DNA of 32,655 bases, taken from the IMG/VR virus record IMGVR_UViG_3300037458_001347, positions 1-32,655 of that record, one strand, 5' to 3'. The notes below the pieces were generated by a model that had not been told where the DNA came from, made no database searches, and worked only from the letters and a program-made list of their open reading frames with translations. The position numbers and the translations under genes are program-made. Positions 9,187 through 17,041 of this stretch are shown one piece after another (positions within the stretch are counted from its first letter, which is position 1; the number at the start of each line of letters is the position of its first letter). Source of the stretch: a virus (taxonomy: Duplodnaviria; Caudoviricetes).

Positions 9187-9537
9187 CTACTTCCGCGAGT
9201 TTTTTTCCTTCGCCTTCGCACCGCAGTGCGTGACGTAGGACGTGACAGCCAGCGCCGCGACGCCGGGGAAGTTGAGCAGCGCTTCGCGCGCCTCATCGCC
9301 GAACTCGAGCGCCGCGCCGGCCTCGTCGGCGACGCCGCGCCAGCCGGTGATGCGGCCGCGCAGGAACGCCCGCAGGTCGACCTCCTCGTCGTCCTTCGGC
9401 GCCAGGTCGACCCGGATCTCCTCGGCCGTGCTGCGCTTGCACAGCAGCTCGAACGAGATCGGCGTCTCCTTGCCGTCGACGTACACCACGCCATCGACAG
9501 GAATGACGAGCGTGTCGGAAACGATCAGCTTGAACAT
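9187..9537 (-). CDS. Tail assembly chaperone (lambda gpG analogue)
   Basis: 116 aa between tail tube and tape measure; ITGWRGV..LEF motif; ends ...KEKNSRK. Confidence 0.85.
   Translation of the reverse strand: MFKLIVSDTLVIPVDGVVYVDGKETPISFELLCKRSTAEEIRVDLAPKDDEEVDLRAFLRGRITGWRGVADEAGAALEFGDEAREALLNFPGVAALAVTSYVTHCGAKAKEKNSRK
9199..9205 (-). other. -1 programmed frameshift slippery heptamer A AAA AAC
   Basis: GAA AAA AAC TCG; the -1 frame reads KLAEVARLMALGELL into the 8810-9178 ORF with no stop. Confidence 0.85.
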
Positions 9538-9543
9538 GCGCGC

Positions 9544-10518
9544 TCAGAAGCTCGTGATGATGCGGAGTTCGTCGTCGCCAGCGGACGGCAGCACGCGCAG
9601 GTCGAAGGAAACCATGCGCTTTCCGTTCACGTCGGCCTTCTGCACGTTGATCAGTTGAACGGCCGGCATCCACAGGCCGACCTTCTGGTTCGCGACGGTG
9701 CCATGCAACAGGCCAAGGGTCTGCGTGGTGCCGGCCTCGACTGCCGAGGTCAGCGTGACTTCCTGCGCCGCGGTCAGATCGAGCGTTACCTTGCCGGTCA
9801 CGCTGCGCTGCGTGAGGTCGACCGTCTCGCCGCCCAGGAGAGCCGTGAAGTTGATCGAGTTGCCGACATCCAGCTCGATGCCCTGGCTGGGGTACACGGT
9901 GCCGCCGGTGAAGGCAGGCGCCAAGGTCGTCGAGTGCGTAGCGCCGAAGGTGGTGTCCTGCGTGTTCGCGTCGGTCACCACCATCGGCGTCTTCCACGAC
10001 GTGAGCGTCACGGACGGATTTGCGGCGGCGGTCGGCGTCGAGTAGATGCCGGTGAACCGGAAGCTGGCGACCGGGCGCTCGCCAACGCGCATGTTGACCG
10101 TGAACGTGCCGCGGCAGCCGGTGGCCTTGTGCAGCACGCCGTCGTCGTACCAGTAGATCGTGCAGCTCTTGAACGCCGTGCTGACCGGGGTGTAGTCGGC
10201 GCGGATGGTGGCCGTCAGCGTCTGGGCGAAGCCGCACGACAGCACCGCGGCGGCCCAGGCCGGCGCCGTGGCGACGGTGCCGGCGCCGGCCAGCTCGAGG
10301 TCGAATCCGCACTCGACGTAGCGCGTGCCGAGCAGCTGTTCAGATCCGCCCAGATACGGCCGGATGATGTTGCGGTCGACGTTCTGCGCGTTCAGCGGAT
10401 TGATGCTCAGGTTCGACACCAGCAGCGCGTTGACCGCGCCGGTGGGCGTCGGGTCGACGCCGTAGGTCACCTCCTCCTTCAGGAGGATGGCGGTGTTGCG
10501 GACGATGCGGTTTGCCAT
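9544..10518 (-). CDS. Major tail tube protein (non-contractile tail)
   Basis: About 324 aa, KEEVTYGVDPTPT N-terminal motif; position before the chaperones; start may be 10524. Confidence 0.85.
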   Translation of the reverse strand: MANRIVRNTAILLKEEVTYGVDPTPTGAVNALLVSNLSINPLNAQNVDRNIIRPYLGGSEQLLGTRYVECGFDLELAGAGTVATAPAWAAAVLSCGFAQTLTATIRADYTPVSTAFKSCTIYWYDDGVLHKATGCRGTFTVNMRVGERPVASFRFTGIYSTPTAAANPSVTLTSWKTPMVVTDANTQDTTFGATHSTTLAPAFTGGTVYPSQGIELDVGNSINFTALLGGETVDLTQRSVTGKVTLDLTAAQEVTLTSAVEAGTTQTLGLLHGTVANQKVGLWMPAVQLINVQKADVNGKRMVSFDLRVLPSAGDDELRIITSF

Positions 10519-10520
10519 GG

Positions 10521-10727
10521 TCAATCCTTGGTCGGTTCGGTGTCATCAGCGGCAGGCCAGGCAAGGCCGGCGGCGGCCGCGGTCTCTTGGTCGGCCGGGC
10601 TCAGTCCGCCGTCTGCGTCGCGCAGCCAGCGGCCGCCGCATGGGGGGTTGAGCTCGACGCCACGCCTGGGCGCAAGGCGCACGGGCAACGCGTCGACCAC
10701 CGTCGTCACGAGTTTCCGGGTGGGCAT
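10521..10727 (-). CDS. Small hypothetical protein (68 aa, GGRWLRDADGGL motif)
   Basis: TGATG overlap with the gp37-like stop; fills the gap before the tail tube gene. Confidence 0.65.
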   Translation of the reverse strand: MPTRKLVTTVVDALPVRLAPRRGVELNPPCGGRWLRDADGGLSPADQETAAAAGLAWPAADDTEPTKD

Positions 10728-11146
10728 CAGGCGCTCCTGTACTCGCTGCGGACGCGGAACTCGTCGCGCCACCACAGCCGTTGTTCCTGGAACATCAGCA
10801 GCGCGCCGCCGCTGAAGATGACGGGCTCGCCGTCGGCGTTGGGCGCCCAGCCCGCCAGCGCGGCGCGCACGGCCCCGCGCTTGGAAGCCAGGTCGATCGA
10901 TGCAGCGGCGCCCAGCGGGTCGCGCAGGTTGCCGAGCACCAGCACCACCGCGAACTCGTGCGTGAGGCGCTGGCGGTAGATGCCCAGCAGGTCGGGCTCG
11001 GCACCGGTCTCGGCCAGCGGCAGCACGTAGGCGGCCGGGGTGCCGGGCGTGTTCTCGATCGCCGCGTCCAGCTCGGCCGCGCCGCCGATGGCGACGAACC
11101 CGCTCAGCTGGTCGCGCAGCCGGGTGATGATCGCCGAGACATCCAT
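10727..11146 (-). CDS. Mu gp37-like tail terminator protein
   Basis: 139 aa, PAAYVLPL, VRAALAGWAP and LWWRDEF motifs; synteny. Confidence 0.8.
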   Translation of the reverse strand: MDVSAIITRLRDQLSGFVAIGGAAELDAAIENTPGTPAAYVLPLAETGAEPDLLGIYRQRLTHEFAVVLVLGNLRDPLGAAASIDLASKRGAVRAALAGWAPNADGEPVIFSGGALLMFQEQRLWWRDEFRVRSEYRSA

Positions 11147-11160
11147 GCCGCGCCCCGGGC

Positions 11161-11592
11161 TCAGTACGGCAGGTCGAAGGCGCCGATGCTCGCGTCGTCG
11201 AAGCGCCGCGCGGGCGTGCTGACGGCCACCGCCACCGCGCCTGCAGCTGCCGGCAGCGGCGCCGCGGCGGGCAGCTCCACCGCGCCGCTGGCGATCTTGT
11301 CGAGCAGCGCGACGGCGTCCTTGTACCGGTTGCGCACCTGTTCACTGGCGCGCGCGTCCCACAGGAAGTAACGCGCTAGGTCGGCCGCCAGGCGCACCAG
11401 CACCGCCGGCACGCTGGCCAGCGGCAGTGCGTAGCGCACGGCCAGGCGGGCGTCGATCTCGGCGTCGGCATCGGCCAGCGCGCGCGCCACGGTGTCGGTG
11501 TCGATCACGGCGCCGGCGTCGGGGTCGGTCAGCTGCGCCAGCTCCGTCGTGCCGAAGCGGTCCTCGAGGTCGAGCTGGGTGGCGTAGGTCAT
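11161..11592 (-). CDS. Mu gp36-like head-tail connector (DUF1320)
   Basis: MTYATQLDLEDRFG...ALADADAEID..LAVRYALPL...RYKDAVALLDKIASG. Confidence 0.92.
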   Translation of the reverse strand: MTYATQLDLEDRFGTTELAQLTDPDAGAVIDTDTVARALADADAEIDARLAVRYALPLASVPAVLVRLAADLARYFLWDARASEQVRNRYKDAVALLDKIASGAVELPAAAPLPAAAGAVAVAVSTPARRFDDASIGAFDLPY

Positions 11593-11626
11593 GTGGGTCG
11601 GCTGCGGCGGCCTGGCGCGTCAGCGC

Positions 11627-11869
11627 TCAGCCCTGCGCGGACCCGGCCAGGTCGGCAGGCTGCACAGCGGTGGCGGTGCCCGTCTCGGCGGCGGCACCCA
11701 TTGCCACAAGGGCCGTGGCGTCTGCCTCGGGCAGGCGCATGGCCTGGCCGGGCGCGTAGTCGGTGCCGTTGTGGCGCACCCGCGTGAGCGCCACCAGGTC
11801 GACCAGCCACACCTCTCCCGCCGCCGGCGCGCCGACGGCGGGAGAAGTGGCTGTCTTTCCCCGCGCCAT
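11627..11869 (-). CDS. Small post-capsid protein (Mu gp35-like position)
   Basis: 80 aa from ATG 11869; VRHNGTDYAPGQ..LPEADATALVAMGA motif. Confidence 0.7.
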   Translation of the reverse strand: MARGKTATSPAVGAPAAGEVWLVDLVALTRVRHNGTDYAPGQAMRLPEADATALVAMGAAAETGTATAVQPADLAGSAQG

Positions 11870-11871
11870 GC

Positions 11872-12816
11872 TCAGGCCACCGCGGCGCTGATCAGGTAGC
11901 CGGCCGCCGCGGCGGCCATGACGGGCGCCACTTCGTCCGTCACCGGGTACACCCAGCTCTTGGCGTTGCGGTCGTTGTAGGGCTCTTCGACCAGCGGGTA
12001 GCCGCCCAGGCGGTAGGTGTAGCCGTAGGTCGGCGCGCCCATGTCGCCCAGGCTGCCGAGCTCGGTGTAGGCCACCACGACGAACTTGCCCCACACGTCG
12101 GCCAGGGTGCCTGCGGCGTTCTCGTAGATCGCATCGCCCACGAGCACCCGCTCGACGCCGAACAGCGTGGCCAGCAGATCGGGCGTGGCGCTGTCGCGCC
12201 CGGTGTACTTGACCCGGTCGGTCACCTTCGGGTGCTCGCGGAGCTTCGTCCAGACCGCGGCCCCCATCACCACAGTGTTGGCGCGCCGCCCGATCTGCGA
12301 GCGGATGGCGTCCTTGGCGGTATCGACATCGGCGATCGGGTTGCTGACGCCGTTGGTGTGGTCACTCCACTGGCTCGTGCCCGACAGGGTGGTCTTGTTG
12401 GTGGACGCGTAGCTGCCGGCGGTCGTCGCGATGTCGGCCTGCGCCTTCTCGAGCCGCAGCGCGATGATGTTCTGCACCTTGCGCACAGCGGCCGATCCCA
12501 TGTCGATGCCTGGCACGCGCGCCGCGTCGTCCATCAGCTCGAAGGGCACCACGCCCTCCAGGCTGTGGTTCTCCAGCGCGTAGGACCCGCTCGTGTGCCC
12601 GAACGTCACGCGCTTGGTATTCGTCCCCGGCGCCCGGAGGGTCGAGTAGAGGCGGAAGTCTTCCTTGGCGAAGGTGACGATCTTGCCGCCGCGGGCCGGC
12701 ACCGGCACCGAAGGGAACAGCGACATGCCGGCCATGGCGCCGTTGACGTAGCCCTGGGCTACAGTGGTCAGCACCGGGTCGGTGACGCGGGCCGCGGAGG
12801 TGGTCATCACAGGCAT
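11872..12816 (-). CDS. Major capsid protein
   Basis: 314 aa, DPVLTTVAQGY, LSGTSQWSD and PTYGYTYRL motifs; RBS GAGGAG; synteny. Confidence 0.9.
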   Translation of the reverse strand: MPVMTTSAARVTDPVLTTVAQGYVNGAMAGMSLFPSVPVPARGGKIVTFAKEDFRLYSTLRAPGTNTKRVTFGHTSGSYALENHSLEGVVPFELMDDAARVPGIDMGSAAVRKVQNIIALRLEKAQADIATTAGSYASTNKTTLSGTSQWSDHTNGVSNPIADVDTAKDAIRSQIGRRANTVVMGAAVWTKLREHPKVTDRVKYTGRDSATPDLLATLFGVERVLVGDAIYENAAGTLADVWGKFVVVAYTELGSLGDMGAPTYGYTYRLGGYPLVEEPYNDRNAKSWVYPVTDEVAPVMAAAAAGYLISAAVA

Positions 12817-12849
12817 GGGATCTCCTCGAGGTGTGGATCAGGCCGTGGG

Positions 12850-13194
12850 TCAGGCGTTATCGAGCAGCAGAATCTCGATGAACTGTCCGGCGGCCGTTGC
12901 CGCTTCGAGCGCCTTGCCGACCTTGGCGCCGGAGGTGGCCCAGGTGACGGCGCGCCCGCTGGCGTCGCTCTCGAGCGTGTCGCCCGCCGTGATGGCGGCC
13001 CCGCTCTCGACGATGGTGGTGCCGATCACATCGACCGGCACGACGGCGCCGGAGACGCCGGCGGTCTGCGCTACGCCCAGCGTGACGGCATCCGCGCCCG
13101 CCTGGGCGCCGCCGATGGTGACGAAGCGATGCGCGGCGACGGTGCCCGACAGCGTGCGGGACAGGGTCAGCAGGGGAGTGTTCTGGTAGCTCAT
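12850..13194 (-). CDS. Capsid cement/decoration protein (DUF2190-like)
   Basis: 114 aa, VESGAAITAGD..ESDASGRAV...GKALEAATAAGQFIEI. Confidence 0.88.
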   Translation of the reverse strand: MSYQNTPLLTLSRTLSGTVAAHRFVTIGGAQAGADAVTLGVAQTAGVSGAVVPVDVIGTTIVESGAAITAGDTLESDASGRAVTWATSGAKVGKALEAATAAGQFIEILLLDNA

Positions 13195-13230
13195 GGCGTG
13201 GGCCTGTTGTGAAGGGGTGGCGCCGGCAGG

Positions 13231-13740
13231 TCAGCCGCCGGCTTGCTCGGCGACGCGCACGGCCGCCAGGTAGGTGAGCTTGGGGTCGGCCTGCATCAAG
13301 GCCCGCGCGCGCTGGTGGATGGCCAGGCGGTCGGGCGATGTGGCCCCGGCAAACGCGACGGCTTCCGCACCGGCACCTGCGCCTGCGCCGGGCGCTGCGC
13401 GGTCGCCGGTGGCCAGGCGCCCGGCCGGCACGAGCGGCGGGAGGGCGGCGAGCAGCTCGCGCAGCGCGGGCAGCAGCGGCGCGCGGGCCTCGCCCTCGCC
13501 GAACTGCACCGCGGCGCCGGCCGTCTCGGCCTGCTCGGCCACGGTGTCCTGCACGGCAACGATCAGGTCGCGGTGGCCGGCAGCCATGCGCCCCTGGGCG
13601 ACCAGGCCGTCGGCAAAGGCCACGGCCTCGGCGTGCGCCGCGGCCATGCGCGTGCGGCGCGCCTCGGCGGCCTGGGTGGCCAGCTGCTGCTGCAGGCTGG
13701 CGATCTGGGCCTCGAGGGCCTGCTTCTCGGCATCGGTCAC
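13231..13740 (-). CDS. Nested in-frame scaffolding protein (gpZ-like), internal GTG start
   Basis: GGAG 9 nt before in-frame GTG ACC GAT GCC (MTDAEKQALEAQ) at the start of the coiled-coil region. Confidence 0.6.
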   Translation of the reverse strand: MTDAEKQALEAQIASLQQQLATQAAEARRTRMAAAHAEAVAFADGLVAQGRMAAGHRDLIVAVQDTVAEQAETAGAAVQFGEGEARAPLLPALRELLAALPPLVPAGRLATGDRAAPGAGAGAGAEAVAFAGATSPDRLAIHQRARALMQADPKLTYLAAVRVAEQAGG

Positions 13741-14487
13741 GGTGGTGATCTCCGGTTGCGAACTTGCGGCGGCGGCGGCGAACGCCGGCGGCGAAACTGC
13801 GGCGGCAGTGACTTCTGCGGCCTCGGTGGCCGCCTCCTCGCGCATGCTGTCGGTGGCCATGCGCTCGAGCTCCTGCACGCGCCACGAGGGCAGCGCGGCG
13901 TCGGCGTCCTTGAGGCCGAACTTGCCGAGCACCCAGTCGCGCAGGCTGCGCCACAGGCTGGCGGTGTGGGTCTCGTCCCAGGCGCTGAACTCGACCACGC
14001 CCTCTTCGGACTCGGCGCCAAAGCTCGGCCGGCGCAGGCCCTTGACGGCGGGCGCGGCGGCGCCCAGGAACCCGACGTGCCGCAGGTAGTACACCCCGGG
14101 CACCGGGTTGCCGGGCGCCGTGGGGCCCCAGAACGCGGCGCTGATCTTCTTGAACCGGCCGTCGTCGACCATGTTCGCGAACTCGGCGTCCACCTGCACC
14201 GGCGTCGCCTCGAGCGCGCCGTCGCGGTAAGCGAGCCCGCTCACCCAGCCGTAGGCCGGGGCGTCGAGCTGCGGGTGGCCCACGACGATGGGCGCCTCGT
14301 GCAGCGCAGGGTCGTAGGCGCCGGCGGTGGCGGCCAGGTCAGCGGCGGTGAAGGTGATCTGCTCGCCCGCCATCGACACATGCGTGCCGGCGCGGAAGCA
14401 CTGCAGCGTGGCCGCATGCGCGATGCAGCCCTCAGGCGCCGGGGCGCCGGAGGCAGCGGATACAGAAGCGGGTGCGGCGCCAGGCAT
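13231..14487 (-). CDS. Prohead protease/scaffold (Mu gpI-like)
   Basis: YDPALHEAPIVVGHP, PAYGWV, FKKISAAF, YLRHVGFLGAAAPAVKGL; Ala-rich coiled-coil C-terminal half. Confidence 0.92.
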   Translation of the reverse strand: MPGAAPASVSAASGAPAPEGCIAHAATLQCFRAGTHVSMAGEQITFTAADLAATAGAYDPALHEAPIVVGHPQLDAPAYGWVSGLAYRDGALEATPVQVDAEFANMVDDGRFKKISAAFWGPTAPGNPVPGVYYLRHVGFLGAAAPAVKGLRRPSFGAESEEGVVEFSAWDETHTASLWRSLRDWVLGKFGLKDADAALPSWRVQELERMATDSMREEAATEAAEVTAAAVSPPAFAAAAASSQPEITTVTDAEKQALEAQIASLQQQLATQAAEARRTRMAAAHAEAVAFADGLVAQGRMAAGHRDLIVAVQDTVAEQAETAGAAVQFGEGEARAPLLPALRELLAALPPLVPAGRLATGDRAAPGAGAGAGAEAVAFAGATSPDRLAIHQRARALMQADPKLTYLAAVRVAEQAGG

Positions 14488-14539
14488 GCCCCGCACTGTC
14501 GGCCGCGGCGACCCGCGTCGTCATGGGGGCGCGCTTCAG
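14488..14539 (-). promoter_or_regulatory. Candidate Mor/C-activated late promoter for the protease-capsid operon (leaderless)
   Basis: CTGAAGCGCGCCCCCATGACG-N17-C-GACAGT-N7-ATG; same layout at 21147-21191 and 30077-30129. Confidence 0.7.
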
Positions 14540-14670
14540 ATCCAGGATGCGCGGTCGCGCGCGCGCGACCGGCTTAGCAGTCGGCTTAGCGTGCTAAGCC
14601 CCGCGCCACCGGCGGCGACCATTTTCGTGGACTCACGAAAGTCGGCTCAGTGCGCGGTACGATTCGACCC

Positions 14671-14810
14671 GGTGCTAGAAACACCGCCAACCGGCTGCCT
14701 CCACCGTCAATGGAGGCATTGCGCTTGCCCGGATGCGTAGTTTCGGGCGGGGTGCCCAGCGCCGCAAGGTCTGGGGCTCGGCTGTTGGACGAGTTTCTAC
14801 ACCCCGCCCA
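14671..14810 (+). ncRNA. c4/CI-like antisense RNA with upstream complementary target site
   Basis: Closing stem GGGCGGGGTG (14745-54)/CACCCCGCCC (14800-09); GCAA tetraloop arm; GTTTCTA-CACC complementary to upstream GGTGCTAGAAAC (14671-82); hairpin 14697-14717; TACGAT -10 at 14658. Confidence 0.65.
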
Positions 14811-14870
14811 CCCGGTGCGTCGAGAAAGCGCATCGGGTGGATCCTCTCCGTCTCAACAGGATCCGAGCAC

Positions 14871-15182
14871 ATGTCCCATCCATCCGACCCGCCTGCCGTC
14901 CACGGCAGCCCCTGGAAGCCCGGCATCAGCCGCAGCCAGGTCGACCAGTTCTCGTACCGGCTCACGCGCGTGGGCGCCTCGCTGCGCGTACTGGCTACCC
15001 TGGTGCTGTGCCACGACGACCCGCCGCCCGGCGCAGCCCGCCCCACGCTCGATCTGGTGCCGCGCTCGGAGCTGGCGCTGCTGATCGAGCTGATCGGCGA
15101 CGAGCTCGATGCCGCCGCGCCGCCGCTGGTGGATGTCGCCGCCGCGGCGACGTGGCATGCCGAGAGGAGGGCCGCGCAATGA
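14871..15182 (+). CDS. Hypothetical protein (103 aa) downstream of the c4-like RNA
   Basis: ATG 14871 with upstream AGGA; ATGA overlap with the next gene. Confidence 0.65.
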   Translation: MSHPSDPPAVHGSPWKPGISRSQVDQFSYRLTRVGASLRVLATLVLCHDDPPPGAARPTLDLVPRSELALLIELIGDELDAAAPPLVDVAAAATWHAERRAAQ

Positions 15183-15778
15183 TCGTCGGCACCACCCGAG
15201 GCAGTTTCCCCATCGTGCGCAATGAGGCGCCCGCGGCCAAGCGCACCCGATGGGAGCGCTGGTTGATCGAGACACACGATGCTGCCGTAGCCGACAGCGT
15301 CGAAGATCGGCACCTTGACCCGGAGTACGACGCCGTGATGGCCCAGCCGGAGCACGGCTCGGCGACCCGGCCCAGCCAGGCGCTGGCGATCCGCGCGCGG
15401 TGCTGGCAGTGCGTCAGCGGCGACGACGACGATGGCGGCACAGTACGCATCGCGAATTGCGCGACGCCGAGGTGTCCGCTCTGGTCGGTCCGCCCTTACC
15501 AGGACGAGGCCACCAAGGCCCCGCGGCGACAGCGCCGCAAGATCGACCTGCAGGGCCTGCATCGGAACGACGCGGCCGGCAAGGCGCTGGCCAATCCAGG
15601 CAGCCGCCCTATTGCCATCCGCGGGTACTGCCACGAGTGTCAGGGCGGTCGATGCGGCCTGACCACGATCCGCGAGGCCAAGAACTGCACCGTGGCGACG
15701 TGCGCGCTGTGGCGGGTGCGCCCGGGAGGCTCGGCCGCCAGCGAGAGTGCCGTTTGCAGCCCGTTACGGCCGCGTTAA
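15179..15778 (+). CDS. Protein with two tandem Cys4 zinc-binding-like modules (199 aa)
   Basis: RBS GAGGAGG; AIRARCWQC...CATPRCPLWSVRP and AIRGYCHEC...CTVATCALWRVRP. Confidence 0.75.
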   Translation: MIVGTTRGSFPIVRNEAPAAKRTRWERWLIETHDAAVADSVEDRHLDPEYDAVMAQPEHGSATRPSQALAIRARCWQCVSGDDDDGGTVRIANCATPRCPLWSVRPYQDEATKAPRRQRRKIDLQGLHRNDAAGKALANPGSRPIAIRGYCHECQGGRCGLTTIREAKNCTVATCALWRVRPGGSAASESAVCSPLRPR

Positions 15779-15902
15779 CTGGGGGGTCAGCGGGGGTAAC
15801 TGGGTCGGGGGGATGGTTGGGTAGCCTGACCCGCCTCCGAAGGCTCCTGAGCCCGCTTTTCGGCTCGCCCCCGCCTGGCCCCTCACGCCGACCCGTTGCG
15901 CC

Positions 15903-16184
15903 CTACCCGAACGCCGGATACACCACCAGCCGCGCCGTGGCGCCGCGCCACACGCCCGAGGGCAGGGTGACCTTGGCCTGCAGCTGCCACTTGCCCGGCG
16001 TGTCGAAGGTGTTGGCCTGCGACGTGTAGGCGATCGCATTCGTCCCCGAGAGCGCGGCCGACCACGACAGCAGGGTGCCGTCGGGCTTCATCACCTCGAT
16101 GCTGCGCACCGTGGCGGCGCTGACATCCTGGCCGCAGTCGAGCACGATCACCGTGCCGGTGTCGCCCACGTAGACCTTGTTCAT
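15903..16184 (-). CDS. BppU-N-like beta-sandwich structural protein (93 aa)
   Basis: RBS GAGGAG; VGDTGT, KPDGT, IAYT...FDTPGKWQLQAKV motifs. Confidence 0.75.
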   Translation of the reverse strand: MNKVYVGDTGTVIVLDCGQDVSAATVRSIEVMKPDGTLLSWSAALSGTNAIAYTSQANTFDTPGKWQLQAKVTLPSGVWRGATARLVVYPAFG

Positions 16185-16354
16185 TCGGCTGTCTCCTCGA
16201 GCTCGATGGCCGACGCCAGCGTCACCGACGGCGTCACTGCACTGGCCACCCGCAGGGTGGCGGTAACGGGGCTGGCGGCGGCGTGCTGCACGCACAGGGC
16301 GCTGGCGGCTGCGACGACGGCGGCGATGGGCGACGGCAGGGTCACGGTCTCCAC
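16181..16354 (-). CDS. Small repeat peptide (57 aa, about 10-aa VxLxSPI repeats)
   Basis: GTG start; stop overlaps the next ATG (ATGA); below the ORF-track cutoff. Confidence 0.5.
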   Translation of the reverse strand: METVTLPSPIAAVVAAASALCVQHAAASPVTATLRVASAVTPSVTLASAIELEETAE

Positions 16355-16387
16355 GGCGGCCTCGGGTCGGTCGTGCCGGGTGGGCCG

Positions 16388-16531
16388 TCAGCCCAGCGGC
16401 GCGGGCATCTGCACCGTGGTGCAGATGGGGCTGTGCAGCCGCACCACCTCGCGGCGGGCGCCGCCGCCGAGGAAGACCTCGCCCCATGCGCTGGCCCACG
16501 ACAGGCCCCAGGCCTGGCCCCAGGCGCTCAT
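16388..16531 (-). CDS. Small protein with WGxxWGxSW..AWG motif (47 aa)
   Basis: ATGA overlap at 16528-16531; MSAWGQAWGLSWASAWG. Confidence 0.65.
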   Translation of the reverse strand: MSAWGQAWGLSWASAWGEVFLGGGARREVVRLHSPICTTVQMPAPLG

Positions 16532-17040
16532 GCCGGCCTCCACGGGTCGGCCGGCCAGGCGCCGGTGCCGGCGATGGGCACGTCGTTGACCTGCTTCACG
16601 TTGGCCGGCGTGACTCCGGTCAGCGTGCGCCCGGCACTGGCCCACACCGCCGCGGCGATGGCGCCCTCCGTCGGCCCGGTGCCGCCCTCGCCGTTGACCA
16701 CCGTCGCCGCCGCGGACGACTGCACCAGCACCTGCGGGCTGCCGGTGTTGGCGATGCGCGCCAGCGCGTCGGCCAGGTTGCCGCCGTTGACCGTGGCCTG
16801 GTACGCCCCGGCCTCGAACTGCAGCGCCCAGCTGCTGCGCAGGTTGAGCGTGATGCCGGTCAGCACGCCGCCGCCCAGGTCGGCCTTGCCGGTCGCGTCG
16901 GCGATCTGCTCGTAGCAGATGCCGCGCACCGTCGCCTCCTCCTCCCGGATGGCGTTGATCAGCGCCTGCAGGCTCAAGGGCTGCGCCGCGGCCTGCGGCA
17001 CGCCGATGCGCTTGGCCACGTGGTCGAACGTCAGCGACAC
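16528..17040 (-). CDS. Hypothetical virion-associated protein (170 aa)
   Basis: Coupled ORF with high GC3; ATGKADLGGG, IAAAVW and NVKQVND..IAGTG..DPWRP motifs. Confidence 0.75.
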   Translation of the reverse strand: MSLTFDHVAKRIGVPQAAAQPLSLQALINAIREEEATVRGICYEQIADATGKADLGGGVLTGITLNLRSSWALQFEAGAYQATVNGGNLADALARIANTGSPQVLVQSSAAATVVNGEGGTGPTEGAIAAAVWASAGRTLTGVTPANVKQVNDVPIAGTGAWPADPWRPA

Positions 17041-17041
17041 G

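Noticed and set aside
8788-10815. 675-aa plus-strand ORF (likewise 16919-18583, 13243-14577, 30864-32336)
   Set aside because: Shadow frames of well-supported minus-strand genes, expected at this GC content
9544-11146. Contractile tail, tailocin or eCIS interpretation
   Set aside because: No sheath or baseplate wedge genes; full head and packaging genes are present
14745-14810. tRNA (multi-arm fold ending near CCA)
   Set aside because: No T-loop or D-loop consensus; complementarity to the upstream site fits a c4/CI-like RNA
14675-15634. 319-aa minus-strand ORF over the c4-like cassette
   Set aside because: The plus-strand pair has RBSs, ATGA coupling and a repeated Cys motif; this frame has none of these
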